Of a stretch of DNA of 64,000 nt, positions 1 through 7,506 are shown piece by piece. Origin of the DNA: an uncultured Planctomycetales bacterium. GTDB taxonomy: Bacteria; Omnitrophota; Gorgyraeia; Zapsychrales; CAYRXT01. The stretch is from NCBI GenBank assembly GCA_964428315.1, contig CAYRXT010000001.1:18944-82943 (forward strand), read 5' to 3'. A model generated the notes under the pieces. That model searched no databases. It worked only from the letters and a program-made list of their open reading frames with translations, and was not told where the DNA came from. Each line of letters begins with the position of its first letter. Positions within the stretch are counted from its first letter, which is position 1. Both the position numbers and the translations under genes were made by a program.

Positions 1-59
1 GCGGAGGCGTTCAAAAACGGATTTTCGCGTTCAAACGCGCGAAAATCTCATTTCGGGTG

Positions 60-87
60 TTGACGCCCCAAGGGCCGGTGTTATACT
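60..87 (+). promoter_or_regulatory. sigma70-type promoter for the HTH gene
   Basis: TTGACG (60-65), 16-nt spacer, extended -10 TGnTATACT (79-87); RBS-like AAGGA at 144-148 before ATG 155. Confidence 0.7.
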
Positions 88-101
88 AAATGGTGCCAAA
101 T

Positions 102-131
102 TGTCCAAAATAAAAAATTGATGTCCATTCT
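102..131. promoter_or_regulatory. pair of TGTCCA boxes (putative operator) just downstream of the promoter
   Basis: TGTCCAAAAT at 102 and TGTCCATTCT at 122; the same pair pattern recurs at 2042/2064. Confidence 0.55.
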
Positions 132-154
132 TACATTTTTAAAAAGGAAATCTT

Positions 155-2020
155 ATGGGGGTTATTTATAAATTAACGGACGATGTGCTTCGATTTATAA
201 TCGACCGGAAGAAGGCTGACCCGAACCTCAGCTGCCGCAAACTCGCGGACATTGTCAGGCAAGCCTTTAATATCCATGTTTCAAAGTCTTCGGTGAATGC
301 CGTGCTCAAGGAGACCGGGCTCAGCAGTCCGGTCGGCCGGCACGCCGGAGAGAAAGGGCCCGGAAAGGAGCGCTCCCCCGCGGGACGGAAGGACAGGTCT
401 GGAGAGGGCCGGCGAGCGATCAAGAAAAAGCCCGCGGCAGACCCGGGGTCTGATGAGCTTCCGATGTCTCGCGGATATGCCGTTAGCTCTCGACCGGAAG
501 GGCGAACAGTCGGTGGAGGTAAAGGATCAAGGTTTGATGTCCAGAGTGGACAAAAAAGCATTGTAAATAATGTCCAAAATAGCAAAGAGGCCCTTGCTCT
601 TTCCCCCGAAGGGGCGCCGCCGCGGGATATGAACAGCGAAGAGGCGATCACGCTGAAAACCACTGAGGATCTCGGCGTGTTGCGCGACGCCATGGGCATG
701 TTTTTTTTGAAGGCGGCCCAGTGGGAGCTCATGGGAGACAACGTCCTTTTCCGTTTGTTTAAAGAAAGCCTTCCGGATGTCCGGGACGCGACGGCCCGGG
801 CCGCGGCGGATTTGCTGGTTTACGGCCCGGCGTTGGACATAGACCGCCCTGACAAGATCGTCCTGGCGCGGGAAGCTTTTTCCTGGGTCGAACGCGGTCC
901 GGAGTCCTGGCCGCAGGACAACGACATCAGGGCGTTGCTTTCGCGGATAGAGGATAACGAAGCCATCTGTTTTCATTTTACGAATGAAATCCCCGCGGCC
1001 TTTGCTGAGGCGTCCTGCCTGTGTCTGCATTTGGCCGACGGGTCGCGCCTGTGTTCAGACGGACAAAACGGGGGTATCGCCCGGGAGGCCAAAGAGATTC
1101 AGGGTCCGTCTTCTCCGCTCAATCAGCTGCTGGGGCTCTGTGTCCGACAGGTCATGGTCAATGACGTCCCGTTTTTTGTGCGCAGGCTCCGGGCCGGAAA
1201 ATATTTCGCGCCGTCATTTTTTAATCTGGTCTGGTCCTTTTGCGGATCGCCGCATAAACAGATACAGAGGATCAGCGTCCTGGATCCCGGCGGGCGCGAA
1301 GAGGTGTCTTTCTCGTCGATACCGCATAAGACACGCCGTTTTATCGGCTGTCTCCACGAGGACCAGCCTGTTTTTCAGGATTTTGTCTCGAAAAGACGGC
1401 GCGGCCCGAAGGCGCTGAATTTCCCCTGGACGTCGGAGAAAATCTTTTATGAGGAGATCCCCGCGGAGGTCAACATCCGCCATGAAGAACGAAGCGCGTC
1501 CCTGCGCGCCGTCCTTCTCCTGAAAGAAGACCGCCCGCGGATGGTCCTGCTGACAAACGCCTCCCGCGAGGCCTTGAGCGCCGAATCCCTTGTGCGCGCT
1601 CTTTTAAACCGTTGGCCTGATATGTTGTCGCAGGAAGAGGAAGTTGGCGGAAAAGGCACAGGGCTCCCCTTGACCGACAGCCTGAAATCTCCGGAGGGCA
1701 AAGAGGTGGACATCCAGGCGTTGCCCCCCGATCCCTGGGAATACGGCAGGCTGGTTTTAGCCGGCCTGAACGCCTGTTGTCAGAAATACTATTTTTCACG
1801 GACGGTCAGCCAGTGGCCGTTTTCCGCGCTCAACGAAAAAGTTTACAGGCTTCCCGGCTTCTTAAAGATTAACGGAGAGGTCCTCGAGGTTTCTTTAAAG
1901 GCCGGGAATCTTGAGATGGAAGAAGTCCGGGAGATTAAGCGGGCTGCCCGGGCTGTGACCAATCGCTGCGTTGTCAGTCCCCGGAGCAAAAGGCTGATTC
2001 TGGATGTTGTGGACGAATAA
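155..2020 (+). CDS. N-terminal HTH protein with a C-terminal DDE-transposase-derived region (probably domesticated, regulator-like)
   Basis: 621-aa ORF with RBS. N-terminus LSCRKLADIVRQAFNIHVSKSSVNAVLKETGL is winged-HTH-like. C-terminal VLLTN..LSAESLVRALLNRWP and YRLPGFLKINGEVLEVSL resemble IS4/IS1380-type transposase tails, but the YxxRWxIE motif is not intact. Confidence 0.65.
   Translation: MGVIYKLTDDVLRFIIDRKKADPNLSCRKLADIVRQAFNIHVSKSSVNAVLKETGLSSPVGRHAGEKGPGKERSPAGRKDRSGEGRRAIKKKPAADPGSDELPMSRGYAVSSRPEGRTVGGGKGSRFDVQSGQKSIVNNVQNSKEALALSPEGAPPRDMNSEEAITLKTTEDLGVLRDAMGMFFLKAAQWELMGDNVLFRLFKESLPDVRDATARAAADLLVYGPALDIDRPDKIVLAREAFSWVERGPESWPQDNDIRALLSRIEDNEAICFHFTNEIPAAFAEASCLCLHLADGSRLCSDGQNGGIAREAKEIQGPSSPLNQLLGLCVRQVMVNDVPFFVRRLRAGKYFAPSFFNLVWSFCGSPHKQIQRISVLDPGGREEVSFSSIPHKTRRFIGCLHEDQPVFQDFVSKRRRGPKALNFPWTSEKIFYEEIPAEVNIRHEERSASLRAVLLLKEDRPRMVLLTNASREALSAESLVRALLNRWPDMLSQEEEVGGKGTGLPLTDSLKSPEGKEVDIQALPPDPWEYGRLVLAGLNACCQKYYFSRTVSQWPFSALNEKVYRLPGFLKINGEVLEVSLKAGNLEMEEVREIKRAARAVTNRCVVSPRSKRLILDVVDE
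538..580. promoter_or_regulatory. intragenic TGTCCA-N3-TGGACA palindrome plus an extra TGTCCAAAAT box
   Basis: TGTCCA(538)-GAG-TGGACA(547-552); TGTCCAAAAT at 571-580 is identical to 102-111; lies in an AT-rich linker-coding stretch. Confidence 0.5.
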
Positions 2021-2041
2021 TAGCTCCTCTAATGGCTTTAA

Positions 2042-2073
2042 TGTCCAATCATAACAACATTATTGTCCATTCT
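2042..2073. promoter_or_regulatory. pair of TGTCCA boxes downstream of the HTH gene
   Basis: TGTCCAATC at 2042 and TGTCCATTCT at 2064. Confidence 0.5.
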
Positions 2074-2466
2074 AATTTACCAATCCCCCCTCCTTGTGTC
2101 CGGTCTTTTTCTAAAGGCTGATTGATGTCATTGCGTCCTTTTTGGGAAAGCCGCTTTTAATGATCAGACGGCTCGATTTTGAGGCTGTTTTGCCTTGTGT
2201 TCGAAAATCCGCATTTTTGCCTTCCAGGTGAATACCGTGCTGCCGGCAGGAGGCCTGCGGAGGTGTGGATGAATCGGGTGAGGCGGGAGTCACGCCGCAT
2301 AATTTCACCGCAAGAATGTCTAATTAGAACGACGAATTACGCTTTTGGCAAATGAATCAATAGAGGCTTGTTTATTAAGAAAAAATGAGCAGAAATTTGT
2401 TGTAAAAATATTTTTTAAGATTTAAAAAATGCGGGTTAACATCAATAATTATATAGGCTTATTTAC

Positions 2467-2495
2467 TTGACGGTTCACATAGTGTGTGCTATATT
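2467..2495 (+). promoter_or_regulatory. sigma70-type promoter of the Tad/pilin operon
   Basis: TTGACG (2467-2472), 17-nt spacer, extended -10 TGcTATATT (2487-2495), AT-rich upstream region. Confidence 0.7.
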
Positions 2496-2632
2496 AGTAG
2501 CGCTTCACATGTTTAGTAATTTAAACGAATGAATTGTTTCTTAGCCACGGAGAAGCAATGAAATATAGATTTAAACGGTTATGGGATTTTGTCGAAAATT
2601 TCTTTCTGTCATCAGGGATGCAAGCGCGTAAG

Positions 2633-2668
2633 CTCCAGATTTTCGGGTCTGGAGGTTTTTTGTTTTTT
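2633..2668 (+). terminator. intrinsic terminator inside the pilin-operon leader (possible attenuator)
   Basis: CTCCAGAT-TTTCGG-GTCTGGAG hairpin followed by GTTTTTTGTTTTTT. Confidence 0.65.
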
Positions 2669-2900
2669 GTGAATCAGGATATTACACCGGAAGGTGTTTT
2701 AATCCCGGTCCGCGGGTTTGACTTTACCGGGCCGGGGATCAGCCCTTTTTCTATAGGGGCGGGTCATAGACATCCCCGTCCAGGAATTCAGGCTCCGGAA
2801 GGGTTGCCCTGTTTTAGCGCCGTGCGGTCTCAACGGCAGTATTGAGGGCAGGGGAGCATGCGGGGGATCTATTTTCTTCGATGCACGCGGGAGGAAACGG

Positions 2901-3062
2901 ATGCGGTTCATCAAACGGTTGGGACGAAGAGGACAAAACATAGTGGAATACACCGTGATCGTTTCCCTGGTTTCTGCGGCGATAACAGCGATGAGTACCT
3001 ACGTGTATCGTTCGGTTCAGGCAGCCCAAAAGAAAATAGAGGCTGAATTCCGGTCGCATTAG
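2901..3062 (+). CDS. Flp-type (type IVc) pilin, 53 aa, not in ORF track
   Basis: GGAGG RBS at 2890-2894; MRFIKRLGRRG|QNIVEYTVIVSLVSAAITAMSTYVYRSVQAAQKKIEAEFRSH* has a class III signal with Glu+5/Tyr+6. Confidence 0.85.
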   Translation: MRFIKRLGRRGQNIVEYTVIVSLVSAAITAMSTYVYRSVQAAQKKIEAEFRSH

Positions 3063-3120
3063 TCCTTAGGCCTTCCTTTGAATGTAAGGGAGGGATAAAA
3101 GTCTAAAGGAGGGAAAGTCA

Positions 3121-3324
3121 ATGTTTAAACGATTAAGATCAAAAAAAGCGCAGAGCACCTTGGAATACATCATTCTTGTCGCGGTGATCATCCTGGTCCT
3201 CACGATCTTTCTGCCGGGGATTTTCCAGACCCACTTGACGCAGACGTACACCTACGGGACCAACGGGATGCTCGATATGGCCAACCGCCTGAGAAACTCC
3301 CGGCCCGCGTCAAACGCGCAATAA
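3121..3324 (+). CDS. Flp-type pilin
   Basis: KKA|QSTLEYIILVAVIILVLTIFL class III signal; strong RBS. Confidence 0.9.
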   Translation: MFKRLRSKKAQSTLEYIILVAVIILVLTIFLPGIFQTHLTQTYTYGTNGMLDMANRLRNSRPASNAQ

Positions 3325-3374
3325 TGAAGCAGATAACTTGTCTATGAGAAGGTTTAATCAGGAGGTGAATATCA

Positions 3375-3752
3375 ATGTTTAAAAAGATAAGAAAAAACAA
3401 AAAGGCGCAGTCCACGGCCGAATACGCGATCATGCTCGGTTTGGTCATCGCGGCGGTCGTGGCCATGCAGGTCTATATCCAGCGCGCCATCAAGGGTAAG
3501 CTGTTCGACGCAACGCAGTTTCTGACAACAGCGGGCGCCAACTTCCTCAGGGACGACGGCAAGGCGACCAGCCAGTACGAGCCGGATTATCTGTCCAGCG
3601 ATTACACCTCGACCAGGGACTCGCGTTTGGAGATATCCCAGGAGGTGAGGGATACTGAGATCGGCGGTGTCGGGCAGACAGGCAGTACCAATTCCACGAG
3701 GACAGGACAGCAGATCACGACCTACAACGGTGCTGATGAGATCGATATCTAA
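3375..3752 (+). CDS. Flp/TadE-like pilin
   Basis: KKA|QSTAEYAIMLGLVIAAVVAMQVYIQRAIKG; RBS GGAGG. Confidence 0.9.
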   Translation: MFKKIRKNKKAQSTAEYAIMLGLVIAAVVAMQVYIQRAIKGKLFDATQFLTTAGANFLRDDGKATSQYEPDYLSSDYTSTRDSRLEISQEVRDTEIGGVGQTGSTNSTRTGQQITTYNGADEIDI

Positions 3753-3825
3753 CGCCGGCTTTGTCCTTGACGGCAGTACGCAACCGTTTACCTGTTGAAG
3801 CATAATTGAGGAGGTGTAAAGAGAC

Positions 3826-4158
3826 ATGTTTAAAACACTCAATAAAAAACGCAAAAGAAAAGGGCAGAGTACCCTTGAGTTCACGGTGCTGATCATCATC
3901 ATCATCGGCGCCTTATTGTCCATCCAAGTGTACATCAAACGCGCGGTCCAGGGGAGCCTGAAGTCGGCCGCGGACGACGTCTCGGATGAACAGTACTCTC
4001 CGGGAAACACCAACTACTCCAAGGTCATCAGTTCGAGCTCCACCTCGAGACAGCAGAATGAGTTTGGCGAATTGACCTCGCAGATCATCGGGAACGAGCA
4101 GACCAACGAGACCATCAACACGCAGATCCACAACACGCAATACGAATACTGGGGTTAA
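3826..4158 (+). CDS. Flp/TadE-like pilin
   Basis: RKG|QSTLEFTVLIIIIIGALLSIQVYIKRAVQG; RBS GAGGAGG. Confidence 0.9.
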   Translation: MFKTLNKKRKRKGQSTLEFTVLIIIIIGALLSIQVYIKRAVQGSLKSAADDVSDEQYSPGNTNYSKVISSSSTSRQQNEFGELTSQIIGNEQTNETINTQIHNTQYEYWG

Positions 4159-4177
4159 TCCTGCGTGAAAACAGACG

Positions 4178-4219
4178 GGCTTACCCGGAGAGAGGCTTTC
4201 CGGGCAAGCCTGTTTTTTT
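4178..4219 (+). terminator. intrinsic terminator after the first four pilins
   Basis: GGCTTACCCGGA...TCCGGGCAAGCC hairpin followed by TGTTTTTTT. Confidence 0.65.
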
Positions 4220-4322
4220 GGGCAGAAAGGTGGAAAAAAGGGCGGCGCCGCAAAAATATGAACCAGGTATGGACGGCCGGCCCTTTTTGCGACATAACAG
4301 TATAAGGTTGGGTTTGAGCGTT

Positions 4323-4739
4323 ATGAAAAGACGTCTTCTCTTATATACGCGACGCCTGCGGCAGGGGCAGGTGGCCACGGAATACGTTATTGTCCTGGGG
4401 GTGGCGCTCGCCGCGGTGAGCGCCATGGCGGTCCTGGGCAAACGGGCCATCCAGGGCAAGCTGTTCGATGCCAGGATGCACATGACCGACAGCGTCCGGG
4501 GGGCGGTCCAGACCCTGAACGACAGGGGGTACATGGCGGAGGGCACGGTCCTGTATTCGGGATACGAACCTTATTACACCCTCACCAATTCGGTCGTGGC
4601 CTCGAACTCGGTTGACACGTACCGCCTGACGGTGGATCCCGATACCGGTCCGACGGCCGTAAAGGAAACAGACGCCTCATCCCGGATCGAGACGACGAGC
4701 GTCCAGCTTCCGCCGGGAGAGGGCGAGGAGACGCCGTGA
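4323..4739 (+). CDS. TadE-like pseudopilin (start moved to ATG 4323)
   Basis: MKRRLLLYTRRLRQG|QVATEYVIVLGVALAAVSAMAVLGKRAIQG; the ORF-track start 4218 overlaps the terminator. Confidence 0.8.
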   Translation: MKRRLLLYTRRLRQGQVATEYVIVLGVALAAVSAMAVLGKRAIQGKLFDARMHMTDSVRGAVQTLNDRGYMAEGTVLYSGYEPYYTLTNSVVASNSVDTYRLTVDPDTGPTAVKETDASSRIETTSVQLPPGEGEETP

Positions 4740-4761
4740 GATTTCTAGACGGAGACAAACC

Positions 4762-5112
4762 ATGATGTTAGGCGCAAAAAGGGACAAAGGCCAGTCGCTA
4801 CTCGAGCACATCATGCTGGCCTCGATCGTCATCGGGGCCCTGGTCGTCATGTCGGTCTTTATCCGCCGGGGGATCCAGGCGGCGGTGAAGGTGGCGGCCG
4901 ACCAGATCGGGCGCCAGAACGAGGCGGAATTCCGGGAGGACGCGACGAGCGGCTACCTGGTCAATTCCTATACCAGTACGCGTTCGCGAAGCACCAAGAC
5001 CACCCTGCAGAGGCCTTCCGCGGCGGACTCCCTGGGGTATTTGTACGATGACCGCGTGAGGCAGGAGACTCGGACGCTCAGCAACCTGGGGTTCCGTAAT
5101 ACCGTCGATTAG
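4762..5112 (+). CDS. TadE-like pseudopilin
   Basis: KG|QSLLEHIMLASIVIGALVVMSVFIRRGIQA. Confidence 0.85.
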   Translation: MMLGAKRDKGQSLLEHIMLASIVIGALVVMSVFIRRGIQAAVKVAADQIGRQNEAEFREDATSGYLVNSYTSTRSRSTKTTLQRPSAADSLGYLYDDRVRQETRTLSNLGFRNTVD

Positions 5113-5140
5113 CCCTCCGGGGCGCCAGCTGGGAGAGGAT

Positions 5141-5473
5141 ATGTTTAAGAACATCCGTTCGTTCAACAGTACGCGCAAAGGCCAGACAACGGTGGAATAC
5201 GCCTTTATTTTTGTCATCGTCATCGGGGCCCTGATCGCCATGACCCTCTATATCAAACGGGGCATCCAGGGCCGGTGGCGGGAGGCGGTGGACAGCCTCG
5301 GCGACCAGTACGACCCGACCAACATGGACACCCAGATCACGCATACGCTTGATACGAACATCGAGTCCGTGGTATGGACCGAAGAAAACGCTTACGGCCT
5401 GACGACCATGCGCAACGACGTCGTCGAATCCCTGGACACGAGGACGGGCGACTCCACCGTGAGAGGGTATTAA
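5141..5473 (+). CDS. TadE-like pseudopilin
   Basis: KG|QTTVEYAFIFVIVIGALIAMTLYIKRGIQG. Confidence 0.85.
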   Translation: MFKNIRSFNSTRKGQTTVEYAFIFVIVIGALIAMTLYIKRGIQGRWREAVDSLGDQYDPTNMDTQITHTLDTNIESVVWTEENAYGLTTMRNDVVESLDTRTGDSTVRGY

Positions 5474-5492
5474 GGATCGGGGGAACCTGGCA

Positions 5493-7133
5493 ATGGAAGG
5501 CGCAAGAGGAGAGAAGAAAAAGGCTCCGGCCATTAACCGCATGCCGACCCGCGCCCAGACCGTGTCGGAGCTGGCGGTCTTCGGGGCCATCCTGATCTTT
5601 GTCATAGGGGCGATGATCCGCTACGCGGTCAACTTTAATTACAACCAGAACCAGCAGCTTGCCGCCATGCGCATGGCTCTAAAGCTTTCTTATCAGGCGG
5701 GAGTCGCAGACAACACCGCCCGGAAATCCGCCACGGTGATTTACATCGAAGACCGGCAGGATGTTTCGCCCGGAAAATACGCTTCGCAGAACCGCACGCC
5801 CTACATCGTGACGGGATCGGGCGCCTTCACCAACGACCTTATGCTCCCGACAGACTGGATGAAGGACAGCGTGCCCATGATGGATATTTTTGTGAACGGC
5901 GAACCTTTTACGTTTTCGACGGCCAGGTACAAGGTCGTGACGGTTGCGCGCGTGACAAATACCGAAAACAATTACGGCTATGATTGTTCTCCGGGCCGGA
6001 GGGACGACGAAGTGCATCCGTGCACGCCGGCGTTTCCGGACGAATGCCCTGATGGCATTGATTACAGGAGGGTCTGGTCCACGGAGAACAACTGGACAGT
6101 TCAGCCGGCGCCCTGTTTTGCCTCCGGGGGCTCCGGCTGCGGCGTGTTCCTTGCGCGGCTCGCCAATCTGCCTTTGTCCCGCGACAAACGGTTTTGTCTG
6201 GTGAGGGAAAGGTGTCCGGTCCATTTTCCGTGGGACATGCCCCTCCAGGACCGTTTCAACCTTGATCTGAGCAGTACGTTTTACACAGGCGGGCGGGGTC
6301 AGAAATGCACGGGTAATACGGGTAATCCTGATTATTGCGACGTCATAGGGTCGGATCTGGCCATGACGGCCTTTCCCTGGCAGTGGGACTATGTGAAGGG
6401 CACGACCTCGGTCGTCAATTTCGGCGAAGGGGGCGTGACCGGCCTGGACGTCGATCTCGACGGCAAGGAAGAGCAGGTGATGGGGTATACCGATCACCTT
6501 GACCGCACTGTTTGGGCAGACGGCAGCTCTTCTTCTCCGGACGAAGAGGAATGTCCTTTGTCGAGCACAGACGCGATCATAGTCAAATTTTACGTCATGG
6601 ATTCCCAGGACGGAGACTGGGACGGAACATTCGGTGATTGGGACAAAAGGTTCCATCCGGATAGGGTGGCACCGGGACTGGCCTCGGAGCAGGCCATGGT
6701 TACCCAGACCAACGTTGAAGGCCGGCGGGGGACATTCCTTCGGATTACCGAGGCAAACAGGCAGTCCCGTTCCGAGCAAAAGAGCGACCGTCTGGACATC
6801 ATAGAGAGGAAGATCCAGCTGAGCAACGATACCGGCCGGCTGTGCCGGAAGAATTACGGTCCCGACGTTGTTTGTTGCTGTGATCCCGCGCAGGATCCTT
6901 TTTGTCCGCCTGACCCGGGGGCAAGCGTGACCATCCCGGTCGGAGGGCGCAGGCGCGCCGTCTACTGGAACTGCGGACCGGAGGCGTGCCTTTCGCAGGG
7001 CGCCGGGGCCCCGATTCCGGATTTGATTTACCGGCATTGCTTCGACCAGAAGACCAAGGTTTTGCACATCCGCAGCCGGATAGGCGAGAGGCGCGGCACA
7101 CGGTGGATCACGGACACCAGCCCGCGGAATTAA
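5493..7133 (+). CDS. large Cys-rich minor pilin/adhesin (start may be ATG 5541)
   Basis: RA|QTVSELAVFGAILIFVIGAMIRY class III-like signal; Cys clusters (CCCDP) and a DVDLDGKEE Ca-binding-like loop. Confidence 0.8.
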   Translation: MEGARGEKKKAPAINRMPTRAQTVSELAVFGAILIFVIGAMIRYAVNFNYNQNQQLAAMRMALKLSYQAGVADNTARKSATVIYIEDRQDVSPGKYASQNRTPYIVTGSGAFTNDLMLPTDWMKDSVPMMDIFVNGEPFTFSTARYKVVTVARVTNTENNYGYDCSPGRRDDEVHPCTPAFPDECPDGIDYRRVWSTENNWTVQPAPCFASGGSGCGVFLARLANLPLSRDKRFCLVRERCPVHFPWDMPLQDRFNLDLSSTFYTGGRGQKCTGNTGNPDYCDVIGSDLAMTAFPWQWDYVKGTTSVVNFGEGGVTGLDVDLDGKEEQVMGYTDHLDRTVWADGSSSSPDEEECPLSSTDAIIVKFYVMDSQDGDWDGTFGDWDKRFHPDRVAPGLASEQAMVTQTNVEGRRGTFLRITEANRQSRSEQKSDRLDIIERKIQLSNDTGRLCRKNYGPDVVCCCDPAQDPFCPPDPGASVTIPVGGRRRAVYWNCGPEACLSQGAGAPIPDLIYRHCFDQKTKVLHIRSRIGERRGTRWITDTSPRN

Positions 7134-7197
7134 AGCGGCCTCGCAATGACAGCAGTTTGGACAGCATTGATTTGGCAGTAATTATGAGGCAGGTCTT

Positions 7198-7503
7198 ATG
7201 AAAAGAAAAGTTTATGGTAACCACCGCGGTCATCCCAAGGGCCAGGTCCTGCTCGAGTTTGCCTTCTGTATGATCGCCCTGATGGTTCTTGTCTACGGCA
7301 CGGTCATGGCCTTCCGCTGGTGCGGCATGAGCCTGGTGGGCCGTTCGTCCGCCCACTGGTCTGTGTTAACGAGGGAAGTCAGAGACGATTTTGAAAATAA
7401 TGATCCTGTAAGGCCTGACACCCAAGTTTCGATAAGCTTTGAACGGCCGGCCAGGGACGGTTTCGACTTTGTCATGCCCAACGACGTCATCTATGGAGAA
7501 TAG
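7198..7503 (+). CDS. TadE-like pseudopilin
   Basis: KG|QVLLEFAFCMIALMVLVYG. Confidence 0.8.
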   Translation: MKRKVYGNHRGHPKGQVLLEFAFCMIALMVLVYGTVMAFRWCGMSLVGRSSAHWSVLTREVRDDFENNDPVRPDTQVSISFERPARDGFDFVMPNDVIYGE

Positions 7504-7506
7504 GCC

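Noticed and set aside
1-2100. Active IS element around ORF 155-2020
   Set aside because: No catalytic motif, terminal inverted repeats or target duplication; the flanking boxes are direct repeats.
2534-3046. ORFs 2534-2845 and 2858-3046
   Set aside because: The first spans a terminator in the leader; the second overlaps the real pilin at 2901-3062 in another frame.
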